In this document: one piece after another, positions 46,132 through 54,947 of the stretch
Numbering within the stretch: position 1 is the stretch's first letter
Layout of the letters: every line of letters begins with the position of its first letter
Sequence record: OR983334.1
Reading direction: 5' to 3' (one strand)
Origin: Escherichia phage 1-6bf
DNA length: 64,000 nucleotides
The notes under the pieces: model-generated
Databases searched by the model: none
Told to the model about the DNA's origin: nothing
What the model saw: the letters and a program-made list of their open reading frames with translations, nothing else
Position numbers and translations under genes: made by a program

Positions 46132-47922
46132 ATGTCAAAGATCATTTTGGGAGACACAGGTTGTAAGGAATGTATCTCTCATGGTCGTGATAAAACCCAC
46201 AACCACATGATTCTCTTCCGTAACGAAGAGACAGGTGAGGAGTGGGGAAGTTGTAACCGTTGTGGGAATTACGAAGTGTTCGAAAAGGGCACTACACCTA
46301 CTCCAAACGAGAGAAAAGAGTTATCCCCTGAAGAGTTGAGAGAAGTCTTAGATGATTGCTTAGAGCTTCCTCAGGGAGAGCTTACTCGACGTTTAATCCC
46401 CAAAGCTGTATCAGAGCGTTTTGAGTGTCGCATCGGTCTAAGCCAGACTGATGGGCAGACTCCAGACAGCTACTTCTTTCCTCGTGAACGTGATGGAAAC
46501 ATTGTTGGTTACGAGGTTAAGCTGCTAGATAGTAAGAAGTTTTATTATGTCGGCAGTGTGAAAGAAGCAGATTTATTTGGTATGGCACAAGCTCAACGTG
46601 GAGATGTGTACAACAAGAAGCTCTTCATTTTTGAAGACCCGCTATCTTGTATGTCTGGTTTCCATGTCCTCACAGCTTTTACAAATGCAACAAACATTAA
46701 ACCAGCATGTGTTTCTTTACCGTTCGGTGCAGGTTCAATCTCTTCTGTGTTGTCTCGTAACCGAGACTTCGTAAATGGTTTTGAGGAGGTTGTGCTCTGC
46801 ATGGACAACGATGATGCAGGTGAGATAGCTTTAACAAAAGGTCGTTCTTTATTCCCTCATGTTAAGTTTGCTCGTATTCCTAAAGGAACTTTCCCATACA
46901 ACGGTGTGGAGAAAGAGATTAAGGATGCGAATGACATGCTTCTGTCTGGTCGTGGTCAAGAGTTATTCAACATTCTCAAGTACTCAGCAAAGCGGGAATC
47001 TCCTGCTGGAGCTGTAACAATCTTTGATTGCCTTGATGATGCTCTGAAGAAAGCGGAGTGGGGTATCCCATATCCGTGGAAGACTCTGAATGAGATGACC
47101 TTCGGTATTCGATGGGGAGAGGTGGTAGCAATTGGTGGTGGAGTAGGGAGTGGTAAAACACTCATTGCTCACGAGCTGGTTGCCCATCTGTGCTTAGAGC
47201 ATGGTTTTAATGGAGGTGGCTTCTTCTTGGAAGAGAAGGTAGGCATGTCTGTTAAGAACATTGCTGGTAAGTCAGCATCAATTCCTTTCCACCGACCTGA
47301 TGTTGAATATGATGAGGAGGATTTGCGTAATGAAGCACTTCGTTATGCAGACAAATTCTTCTTGTATGACAACTTCGGACAGAACGAATGGGAAGACATT
47401 AAACAGTGTATCCGTTTCTGGGTAGTTGAAAACCAGTGTAAGTTCATCATCCTTGATAACATTACCGCTCTGGTGTCTCATTTAACACCTTCAGAGATTA
47501 ACACTGAAATCAGTAAGATTGCTTCCGAGCTTGCTGGTATGTGTAAAGAATTAGACTTTACCGCTTTCGTGCTATCTCACCTTAATGCTCCGGCAGGTGG
47601 TGCTCCTCATGAAGAAGGTGGACAGGTACGTGAAGTACAGTTCACTGGCTCTCGTTCTCTTATGCGTTGGTGTCAGTGTATCATTGGCTTTGAGCGTGAC
47701 AAGCAAGCTGATGGCTTAGCTAAGAACATCTCAGTCATTCGATTGCTGAAAGAGCGTAACTATGGTCAGACTGGTGTCTGTTATACTAAGTATATCAGTG
47801 AAACCGGTAGGCTTGTAGAAAGGGAAGACTTTGAAGTCGATGAAGATAATCCATTCGTTTTAACTAATGGAGAGGATGCAGCTTCTCTCGTCAACCAAGC
47901 AGATGGAGCTTCACCGTGGTAA
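46132..47922 (+). CDS. DNA primase-helicase (T7 gene 4-like)
   Basis: N-terminal zinc ribbon CKEC..CNRCGN, central primase region, helicase Walker [10 protein letters not shown] and Walker B-like IILDNIT. Confidence 0.7.
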   Translation: MSKIILGDTGCKECISHGRDKTHNHMILFRNEETGEEWGSCNRCGNYEVFEKGTTPTPNERKELSPEELREVLDDCLELPQGELTRRLIPKAVSERFECRIGLSQTDGQTPDSYFFPRERDGNIVGYEVKLLDSKKFYYVGSVKEADLFGMAQAQRGDVYNKKLFIFEDPLSCMSGFHVLTAFTNATNIKPACVSLPFGAGSISSVLSRNRDFVNGFEEVVLCMDNDDAGEIALTKGRSLFPHVKFARIPKGTFPYNGVEKEIKDANDMLLSGRGQELFNILKYSAKRESPAGAVTIFDCLDDALKKAEWGIPYPWKTLNEMTFGIRWGEVVAIGGGVGSGKTLIAHELVAHLCLEHGFNGGGFFLEEKVGMSVKNIAGKSASIPFHRPDVEYDEEDLRNEALRYADKFFLYDNFGQNEWEDIKQCIRFWVVENQCKFIILDNITALVSHLTPSEINTEISKIASELAGMCKELDFTAFVLSHLNAPAGGAPHEEGGQVREVQFTGSRSLMRWCQCIIGFERDKQADGLAKNISVIRLLKERNYGQTGVCYTKYISETGRLVEREDFEVDEDNPFVLTNGEDAASLVNQADGASPW

Positions 47923-48473
47923 AGAAAAAGAAGAAAGTGTTTGCATTCGATATCGAGAGTAATGCACTGTACGATGACATAACTAAAGTATGGTGTATTT
48001 ATATCTTCGATGTTGAAACTGGTGAAAGGTGGGGCTATCGGCCTCACCAAATCGAAGACGGGATTCGTAAACTGACAGAAGCAGATGTGCTCGTGGGTCA
48101 TAATATTATTGACTTCGACTTACCTGCTCTGAAGAAGATGTATCCCTCTTTGATTAAATATAATTTTAACGTCTTTGACACTTTATGTCTTAGTCGATAT
48201 CTTAAACCTGACCGTATTGGTGACAGTCCTGAGTATCCGAAAGGCGACCCTAGACGTGGCCCAAGGGGTCATGGCTTGAAGCAGTGGGGTGAGTTCTTAG
48301 GAGAACTTAAGGGCGATTATGGTGAGCAAGAGGAAGCATGGGATGCTTTCACTGAAGATATGTTTACTTATTGTGAACAGGACGTTAACTTAACTGTTAA
48401 GGTTTATCTTTTCTTGTGTGAAATCACAGGATTTGACCCTTACGACCCACCTTCATTATATTGGAAAATGTAA
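47916..48473 (+). CDS. DNA polymerase 3'-5' exonuclease domain as a separate gene (185 aa)
   Basis: FDIESNAL (Exo I), [43 protein letters not shown] align by eye with the T7 DNA polymerase N-terminal domain. Confidence 0.7.
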   Translation: MVKKKKKVFAFDIESNALYDDITKVWCIYIFDVETGERWGYRPHQIEDGIRKLTEADVLVGHNIIDFDLPALKKMYPSLIKYNFNVFDTLCLSRYLKPDRIGDSPEYPKGDPRRGPRGHGLKQWGEFLGELKGDYGEQEEAWDAFTEDMFTYCEQDVNLTVKVYLFLCEITGFDPYDPPSLYWKM

Positions 48474-48474
48474 A

Positions 48475-49824
48475 ATGATTGTTATCCCGATTAACCGAAT
48501 TGAAGATAAGGTTGCTCAACAACCTGATATCACTGTTGGTCGTCACTTCATTGAACAGCTGATTAACAACAACTTGATTCCAGACTGTATTTGTCCTATC
48601 ATCACTGGTGGGGCTATTCGTGATGCTGTGCTTAATAACACAGCTCCGCATGACATTGATATCTTTATTGTCAGAGGACAGGCCCCAAGAACTCGAAATA
48701 CTTTCATCCGTCATGAGCAGTGGCAAGATCTCGGACGAGAAGTTGAAAGTAACGTTAAAGAGTGGCTTGAGTCTCAAGATATTGAATATGCATCACTTCT
48801 TGCTGAAGCTACAAACGAATCCTATGCTGGGGGTTCTCAATTAACATTCACTGATATTATTGAGTTTCAGTGGAATGGGGTTCGTATCCAATTCATGTTT
48901 AATTATCCTACTTCTATCGAAGAGGTATTGGATAACTTTCCTATGATGTGCCGTGGTGCGATGACTCTTGACAACTTATTCATGACTTCTCACGGATACT
49001 TGGCTATGACTGCCCCTTGTCCAGTGGTTGTTTCTAGTCGTGAAATCAGGTATGTTCACAAGAAGTGGCCTAATTCACAAGTGTTGAGATTTTCCTCTCC
49101 AGCAGTTGCACATCAATACATGGCCCAAACTCGATATCTTCCCACACCTCAGCCAGTTAGTCACCTAGTCAATGGATTAGGTCAGGTTTCTCTTATTGAA
49201 GATACAACAAGTGCTCTATATTGTGTTAACCGAGACATGAGTCTATTCTTTGGAATCCCTTATGAAGAGATTCAGATTATGTCTAGTCTTCACGGTTCCG
49301 GTCAGATTCATGCGTATTGGTCTGAAGGGTTGACAAATTTAACGACTAATACAGGAGGAGATCTACTTGGTCGAGAAGAAGAGCCTAGTCGTCATAACGC
49401 AATCGAAGGGGTGTTTGTAGCCCCTACAAGACGCCGAGCAAACGAAGCACGAAATATAAGCTCTACTCGTAGAACATCTTTTGAAGAAGCTCTTGGTATT
49501 ACAAGTGATTCTATGGAGAGATGGATGGCTAGTCCTTCTCGTGGTCGACCAAACGGCTTCAATGTTAGTGCACGTCAGTTCTCTGGTCAGGGTTTCGCTG
49601 TTGGTGATATCAACGCTCCTTCTCGTGTTATCTGGACTGATGAAGGCGTGGCTCAAGATGTGGTAGGTAGTCTCTCCGATCTTGATATTCCTTCTCATGA
49701 CGAACTCGCTGAGACTGTCAGCCGCAGTCTCGCTGATCGGTTTGTTGCCAACAATCCTGAAGTATTAGAGCCTCAGGTTGGTGGAGAACTGGACCACTTA
49801 ATAAATTCACAAAACATTCGCTAA
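48475..49824 (+). CDS. Pol-beta-type nucleotidyltransferase with CCA-adding-enzyme-like head motif (about 450 aa)
   Basis: ITGGAIRDAVLNNTAPHDIDIF matches the GGxVRD..DxD head motif; rest divergent; ATG at 48475 right after exonuclease stop. Confidence 0.45.
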   Translation: MIVIPINRIEDKVAQQPDITVGRHFIEQLINNNLIPDCICPIITGGAIRDAVLNNTAPHDIDIFIVRGQAPRTRNTFIRHEQWQDLGREVESNVKEWLESQDIEYASLLAEATNESYAGGSQLTFTDIIEFQWNGVRIQFMFNYPTSIEEVLDNFPMMCRGAMTLDNLFMTSHGYLAMTAPCPVVVSSREIRYVHKKWPNSQVLRFSSPAVAHQYMAQTRYLPTPQPVSHLVNGLGQVSLIEDTTSALYCVNRDMSLFFGIPYEEIQIMSSLHGSGQIHAYWSEGLTNLTTNTGGDLLGREEEPSRHNAIEGVFVAPTRRRANEARNISSTRRTSFEEALGITSDSMERWMASPSRGRPNGFNVSARQFSGQGFAVGDINAPSRVIWTDEGVAQDVVGSLSDLDIPSHDELAETVSRSLADRFVANNPEVLEPQVGGELDHLINSQNIR

Positions 49825-49836
49825 TAAGGAAAAAGA

Positions 49837-50370
49837 ATGAGTTTACTAGGAAGTATTGAACTGCACGATGTAATTGACAATGGTTATCTGGATGCGGAGC
49901 ATAAGTATGTTAACGCTGCTAGTGTGGATATCCGTATTGGTGATACTATCCTTGTTGAAGAACAGGCTGATGGCATCGTTGATATTGATGCGAAAGAAAA
50001 TCTTCAGTGGAAGGAAGTAAAGATTCCTGAAGAGGGTTTGGTTATCACTCCGGGTCAGTTCTTCTTGGCTCACTCTATGGAGGAGTTTAATCTTCCAGAT
50101 AACATCTCAAGTCTGTTTGTTCTGCGTTCATCTATGGCTCGTTGTGGTTTGAACCACCTCCATGCTGGTTGGGCTGATGCAGGATTTAATAGTAGTAAGC
50201 TGACATTTGAATTCCACAACGTAACCAAGCACCATAGCTTACGAGTTCGTGCTGGTATGCGTGTTGGTCAAATGGTTATGTTCGAGCACTCTCATGCAGG
50301 GGAACACTCCTATGCAGTGAAGGGTCGTTATAATAACTCTGAAGGTGTAGTTTCATCTAAAGGTGTGTAA
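49837..50370 (+). CDS. dcd: dCTP deaminase family protein
   Basis: VDIRIGD .. SSMARCGL .. GRYNNSEG align by eye with dCTP deaminase / dUTPase-fold blocks. Confidence 0.65.
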   Translation: MSLLGSIELHDVIDNGYLDAEHKYVNAASVDIRIGDTILVEEQADGIVDIDAKENLQWKEVKIPEEGLVITPGQFFLAHSMEEFNLPDNISSLFVLRSSMARCGLNHLHAGWADAGFNSSKLTFEFHNVTKHHSLRVRAGMRVGQMVMFEHSHAGEHSYAVKGRYNNSEGVVSSKGV

Positions 50371-50568
50371 ATGAAAAAGTGGATTGTTCGTGTACATGAT
50401 AACACGACTGGAGAGTTAGTAGCTGTAGATTTTGTTAAGACTCGAGAGCACGCACGTAGGGTCAAAAATCAATACAAGTCTACTTTTAGACTTAACAAGG
50501 TTACATTAGGAAGAGCTATCGTGAGTAGTGAAGGTGCTTTTATGGCAAATAGTAAGGTTTATTACTAA
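50371..50568 (+). CDS. Small protein, paralog family C member 1 (65 aa)
   Basis: MKKWIVRV..KVYY. Confidence 0.4.
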   Translation: MKKWIVRVHDNTTGELVAVDFVKTREHARRVKNQYKSTFRLNKVTLGRAIVSSEGAFMANSKVYY

Positions 50569-50777
50569 TGAGACCGATCACCATGAGACAGTTTTGGTTA
50601 GCGAAGATTAAGTGGGCATCAGGCGGGATGACTATGACTGCACTGCCCACCCGTCAACAAGCTCGAGAGTTTAAAAAGTCTATGTTCAATGTAGACTTAA
50701 CTAAGAATATTAGCATTCACAAGGCCAGAGAATATTCCTCTGGTCGTGTTTATATCAGCGGAAAGGTACATTACTAA
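50568..50777 (+). CDS. Small protein, paralog family C member 2 (69 aa)
   Basis: ..ARE..KVHY; same length class and C-terminal motif. Confidence 0.4.
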   Translation: MRPITMRQFWLAKIKWASGGMTMTALPTRQQAREFKKSMFNVDLTKNISIHKAREYSSGRVYISGKVHY

Positions 50778-50986
50778 TGAAAAAGATGTGGGCTGTTCGT
50801 GTTGTTTGGGAACAGAAGCAACACTTAGGTAAAGATAATATCAAACTGTTTAACACTCGCAAAGAGGCTCGTGTCGCTAAAAAGAACATGAAAGCTCTAA
50901 TAGGAACTGTTAAAAGTGCTGACATTCATCGCTGGTATGAAGACCCTAGCTCGGGTTCTTTTATGTCTAAAGTAATTTACTACTGA
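50777..50986 (+). CDS. Small protein, paralog family C member 3 (69 aa)
   Basis: MKKMWAVRV..KVIYY. Confidence 0.4.
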   Translation: MKKMWAVRVVWEQKQHLGKDNIKLFNTRKEARVAKKNMKALIGTVKSADIHRWYEDPSSGSFMSKVIYY

Positions 50987-51059
50987 TTGGTAGTAGATAT
51001 GGTAACTCTCAAATGTATATAGAGTACAATAAGAATTTGTATTTTTACAGGAGAGAGTT

Positions 51060-51389
51060 ATGTTAGATTTGAGTAAAGTGGCCCCGCCCACTGAAGAGAT
51101 TACAAAATCCAAGGTGATGCAACAGTTTTATCATCGTGATATGCTTGGTCGCTTTATCAAGAATCGTGATGTTGTTGCTTGGTCTATTGGGAATCAGGGA
51201 TATCTGTTGAAGGTTCTTCAGGTTACAGGTTCAACTGCTAAGCGAGTTAAGGTGTATGACCCTGAAATGGGGCGTTCTAAGTCAGTAGACCCACAGAACT
51301 GCATCGTAATTACCCAGCAGGTAATGGATAATATTGCACGTAACGTTGCTAACTCAGTTGAACTGGATGGAGAAAACCCAAATGCATAA
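51060..51389 (+). CDS. Hypothetical protein (109 aa)
   Basis: ORF track. Confidence 0.35.
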   Translation: MLDLSKVAPPTEEITKSKVMQQFYHRDMLGRFIKNRDVVAWSIGNQGYLLKVLQVTGSTAKRVKVYDPEMGRSKSVDPQNCIVITQQVMDNIARNVANSVELDGENPNA

Positions 51390-51945
51390 GAATGTTTTTG
51401 ATTTACCTGAGATCGGTCGTGACAGTTATAGCATGTTAGACCGGTCCGACCTATCAATCTCTCGCCTTGAAACAATGCAGGGTATGATTAGTGGAAACAG
51501 CCTAGAACACATCCTGAGCTGCTTACAAGCTAACATGGAACTCTTGCATATCAAAGCTAAAAACTACCACTGGAACGTCTCTGGTGCAGGATTTCAAGGT
51601 GTTCATGGTATGTTTGATGAGCTGGAAGATTACGCACGACAGGTAGGAGATCGTATTGCTGAACGTATGCGTTACCACTGTGTTAAAGTGGATGCTACAG
51701 CAGCTAACTATCTCTCTCATGCTTGGTTCTCAGAGGGTAATGCTGATCTAGACATGGACGGTATGCTCTCTGATATGTGCATGACCTTGATGTGTATTAT
51801 TGAGAAGATGGATGAGTTTGATGGTGATTTAGCCACCTACCCTGTCGATCAGAGTATGCTTCAAGAAATTAATGAAGGTCTTGGCAAGTATTGCTACTTC
51901 GTCAAGAGCAACATGTCCCATTCAAGTGGTGACGTGTCTTACTAA
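51382..51945 (+). CDS. Dps-like ferritin-fold protein
   Basis: LHIKAKNYHWNVSGAGFQGVHGMFDELEDY matches the Dps signature (HWN..G..F..H..FDE); start taken at ATG 51382. Confidence 0.6.
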   Translation: MHKNVFDLPEIGRDSYSMLDRSDLSISRLETMQGMISGNSLEHILSCLQANMELLHIKAKNYHWNVSGAGFQGVHGMFDELEDYARQVGDRIAERMRYHCVKVDATAANYLSHAWFSEGNADLDMDGMLSDMCMTLMCIIEKMDEFDGDLATYPVDQSMLQEINEGLGKYCYFVKSNMSHSSGDVSY

Positions 51946-52005
51946 AACCTCCGCCCTGTCTCCTAACCCGAGGTGGGGCGAACTTATTTATAAGGATATA
52001 GATAT

Positions 52006-52185
52006 ATGTTATCAGCAATCGTATGGGGTATTTGGGCTATCTTTATTGGTGGTGGTATTTATTGGGCTTCTGGTAAGCTTATTGAAGAAACTCCTGATAA
52101 GAAAGGTGAGATTCAAACAGCATCAACTATTATGGTTGTCGTAGCTGTTGTTATCCCATTCCTGCTTCACCTCCTGACTGCATAA
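52006..52185 (+). CDS. Small membrane protein (59 aa), paralog family E
   Basis: MLSAIVWGIWAIFIGGGIYWASGKL..; preferred over the overlapping ORF 51872-52144. Confidence 0.35.
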   Translation: MLSAIVWGIWAIFIGGGIYWASGKLIEETPDKKGEIQTASTIMVVVAVVIPFLLHLLTA

Positions 52186-52194
52186 GGATTTGAT

Positions 52195-52380
52195 ATGATT
52201 TCACTGATTGTGTGGGCCGTGTGGTCGTTAATAGTTGGTACTGTTATATATAAAGCTCGAAATTTAGCAATTAAAGAAAACCCAGCAGAAGAGGATGTTA
52301 AAGCTATCAAGCTAGGTAGTGTTGTTCTGGTACATTTTGCTATAACACTACCTCTTGTTATTATTCTTTGTATGCTATAA
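52195..52380 (+). CDS. Small membrane protein (61 aa), paralog family E
   Basis: MISLIVWAVWSLIVGTVIYKARNL.. plus second hydrophobic segment. Confidence 0.4.
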   Translation: MISLIVWAVWSLIVGTVIYKARNLAIKENPAEEDVKAIKLGSVVLVHFAITLPLVIILCML

Positions 52381-52570
52381 GGAATCCAAAGAGTGAAACT
52401 AAACCTACCTGAAGAATTACAAGCACATGCCATTATCGTTAGTGGCTGTGTGATGGGTCTTGGTCAGACAAAGAAGATTGCTCATGACCTAGCAAAAGGT
52501 CAGTATAAATCTTTTATTGTTGTTCCTGCTACCCAGCGTCATATCAACCTGTTTATTAACAAGGAATAGA

Positions 52571-52846
52571 ATGAGTAAAGTAATTAAGTTTTATAGTGAT
52601 CAGTGTGCTCCATGTAAAGCAATGGCTCCTACCTTTGAGAAGGTTGTTAAGGAGTTTGATGTAGAAGTGGAAGAGATTAACATCCTTGAAGGTGATGGTC
52701 GTGAGCAAGCTGTTAAGTATGGTGTACGAAGCATCCCTGCTTTCGTTGTGCCTGACCGTAACAGTGGTGCACACTACAGCCTCTCTGGTATGCAGACTGA
52801 AGCAAACCTGAAAGCATTTTTGGACACAGCCCTGAGCAATAAATAA
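52571..52846 (+). CDS. Thioredoxin-like protein
   Basis: ATG at 52571 with AAGGAA RBS; KFYSDQCAPCKAMAP CxxC active-site context. Confidence 0.6.
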   Translation: MSKVIKFYSDQCAPCKAMAPTFEKVVKEFDVEVEEINILEGDGREQAVKYGVRSIPAFVVPDRNSGAHYSLSGMQTEANLKAFLDTALSNK

Positions 52847-52861
52847 TAAGGATATTCACGG

Positions 52862-53518
52862 ATGAATGAACAACTACAAGCAACATTAATCGAAGCTATG
52901 GGAAGTGACAAATCTGTAGTCAATGCAGCTAGAGTATCTTTCGGTGTTGTTCGAGAAGGTGACTTAAATGAGAGAGACACAAAACTTATCAACTTCCTTG
53001 CACGGGAAAAACACTGTACTCCATTCCGACACCCGCAAGTCAGTTTCCGATGCAAAGCACCTATCGCAATTGCGAGACAGCTGGGAAAGCATCAGGTTGG
53101 ATTCTCGTGGAACGAAATGTCCCGGCGGTATAAAGATGGAGCAGTTGAAGTCTTCATCCCTAAAGAGATTTTTGCGAGACCTTCGGACCTCCATGCAGGT
53201 TCAGGGATTCAACTCATCGACGGAGAGCGAGCTGAAGCATTAATGTTGATTAATGATGCATATGAAGCTTCTTTAGCAGCATATGATAAGTTGATTGAAT
53301 TTATTGCACCAGAGCAAGCTCGATTTGTTCTTCCTCAGGGGATGATCACTGAGTGGGTGTGGACTGGTTCTTTGTATGGCTGGTTTGAGTTGTGCCGTCA
53401 GCGACTATCCTCTCACGCTCAATATGAAGTTCGAGTGTTTGCTAAATCCGTAGATGAAGAGATGGCTAAGCTCTACCCAATCTCGTGGGCAGCTCTGAAG
53501 AAAACTTTGGAGAATTAA
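52862..53518 (+). CDS. ThyX-like flavin-dependent thymidylate synthase homolog with non-canonical KHQ in place of RHR
   Basis: VNAARVSFG, TPFRH, KAPIAIARQLGKHQVGFSWNEMSRRY, LSSHAQYE align by eye with ThyX blocks; RHR replaced by KHQ. Confidence 0.55.
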   Translation: MNEQLQATLIEAMGSDKSVVNAARVSFGVVREGDLNERDTKLINFLAREKHCTPFRHPQVSFRCKAPIAIARQLGKHQVGFSWNEMSRRYKDGAVEVFIPKEIFARPSDLHAGSGIQLIDGERAEALMLINDAYEASLAAYDKLIEFIAPEQARFVLPQGMITEWVWTGSLYGWFELCRQRLSSHAQYEVRVFAKSVDEEMAKLYPISWAALKKTLEN

Positions 53519-53519
53519 A

Positions 53520-53762
53520 ATGGTTAGGAAGAATATTTGGATTCTGAGTCGTGTTGAGGATGCAGACAGAGGAGAGGATACAGAAATTCTTTGCTCTTTC
53601 ACTGACTATCCTACAAAGCAGCAGCTTGAGGATGTTGGAGTAGAAGAGGATGTTTCTCAATCCCTTTTTGATAAAATGGTTTCCAACTTAACAGCCAAAC
53701 CCTTTGGTTACTCCTACTACATGCTTGACTGTGTGGAATTATTCTCACCCAACAACATTTAA
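53520..53762 (+). CDS. Hypothetical acidic protein (80 aa)
   Basis: ORF track. Confidence 0.3.
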   Translation: MVRKNIWILSRVEDADRGEDTEILCSFTDYPTKQQLEDVGVEEDVSQSLFDKMVSNLTAKPFGYSYYMLDCVELFSPNNI

Positions 53763-53777
53763 ATTTAAGGTTGTGAA

Positions 53778-53981
53778 ATGAAAACTTTGTGGACTCTTGG
53801 TTGCCAAGACGATGACGGATATTTTTGGACTTGGAAAAGATTTCCAAAGAAGCCAACACCTGATAATCCTGCTTTAGATTGTGCTTCAGATGAAGATGCT
53901 AAGAAATTGGTAAATGGAGAAAAGGTTTGGTCTCCGGATAATGAAGTTCAGCACTCTTTAACAGAACGGGAATTTTCGTAA
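53778..53981 (+). CDS. Hypothetical protein (67 aa)
   Basis: ORF track. Confidence 0.3.
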   Translation: MKTLWTLGCQDDDGYFWTWKRFPKKPTPDNPALDCASDEDAKKLVNGEKVWSPDNEVQHSLTEREFS

Positions 53982-54304
53982 TGATTGACAGTAATACATT
54001 TAGGACTTCAAATGGAAGTGAGATAAGTCCCGCTGAAGTAATTAATCGGCACAGAAGGCAATTGATCATCCATTCCTATTTGTATTACTGGTTGGATGAC
54101 CCTATCTGGTCTGACGATAAATGGCAACAAGTTGCTAACGATCTAGTGGAGCTGCAAGCTCTGTATCCAGAGCCTACCGGAGTCTTTGACAGTGAGTTCA
54201 AAGATTGGGATGGTTCTACAGGGATGCACCTCCCACACAACGAGGCTGTTGCTTGCATGGCGACAGCTATTTATAGACTTCATAAAGAGGCTAATGTCGC
54301 ATGA
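53981..54304 (+). CDS. Standalone protein resembling the N-terminal Ia domain of NAD-dependent DNA ligase (107 aa)
   Basis: RHRRQLIIHSYLYYWLDDPIWSDDKW..LVELQALYPEP parallels the LigA block [35 protein letters not shown]. Confidence 0.4.
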   Translation: MIDSNTFRTSNGSEISPAEVINRHRRQLIIHSYLYYWLDDPIWSDDKWQQVANDLVELQALYPEPTGVFDSEFKDWDGSTGMHLPHNEAVACMATAIYRLHKEANVA

Positions 54305-54501
54305 GTGTAGTTTATGTGCTTGAGGAGTTTTCTGATGATGGTAATAACATTGTTGCCATATTCAAACATGTTCCAGATGTTGAGGATATCTTGAATGTAA
54401 CTCACTTGACTGATGTTGATAAAATCAAAGATCTCATCCGACATGACAACACCCACATAGGGGACTCTCTGTGGTCCCTTACTGAATGGACATTGTGGTA
54501 A
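54301..54501 (+). CDS. Hypothetical protein (66 aa)
   Basis: ORF track. Confidence 0.3.
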   Translation: MSVVYVLEEFSDDGNNIVAIFKHVPDVEDILNVTHLTDVDKIKDLIRHDNTHIGDSLWSLTEWTLW

Positions 54502-54507
54502 GGAGTT

Positions 54508-54753
54508 TTGATGCAATATAGAACATTCGAAGGATGGGCCAAAAAAGGAAAAGTGGTTAAGAAAGGAGAAAAATCTTCTGCTAGGACTTCTGAAGGGGTT
54601 CACCTTTTCTCTTCTAGTCAAGTAACGAACATAACCAAAGGCAAAACTGTTCCTGGAAAACCTCACTACGAAGATTTCGGATTAAAGCGCCGATATCTTA
54701 ATAGCTCAGATTATGGGTTTGATTCTCTTGATTATGACCTTTATAATTTCTGA
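54508..54753 (+). CDS. Hypothetical protein (81 aa)
   Basis: ORF track. Confidence 0.3.
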   Translation: MMQYRTFEGWAKKGKVVKKGEKSSARTSEGVHLFSSSQVTNITKGKTVPGKPHYEDFGLKRRYLNSSDYGFDSLDYDLYNF

Positions 54754-54761
54754 GGTAAATA

Positions 54762-54947
54762 ATGAAGTGCTCTAAATGTGAAGGAACAAACCTTCATTTA
54801 AGTAACAAGGTTATCAGAGAGCTTGCCAAAGGCTCTCCAACCAAAGGGAAGAACAAACGATTTACTAACGTCAGGGTTTATACAGCAATCTGTAAAGACT
54901 GTTTAACTACTGAGTGTCATTACGAAGAAATTGGAGAGCGTAAATGA
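54762..54947 (+). CDS. Small zinc-ribbon-like protein (61 aa)
   Basis: CSKCEG..CKDCL. Confidence 0.3.
   Translation: MKCSKCEGTNLHLSNKVIRELAKGSPTKGKNKRFTNVRVYTAICKDCLTTECHYEEIGERK

Noticed and set aside
36356-47481. Minus-strand ORFs within the plus-strand early and replication region (e.g. 36813-37064, 38687-38959, 42105-42901, 46593-47187)
   Set aside because: Antisense to long conserved-motif genes; no supporting signals.
51872-52144. 90 aa ORF overlapping the 3' end of the Dps gene
   Set aside because: It overlaps the Dps coding region in another frame; the alternative 59 aa membrane ORF at 52006-52185 has a paralog immediately downstream, so the longer ORF is likely a frame artefact.
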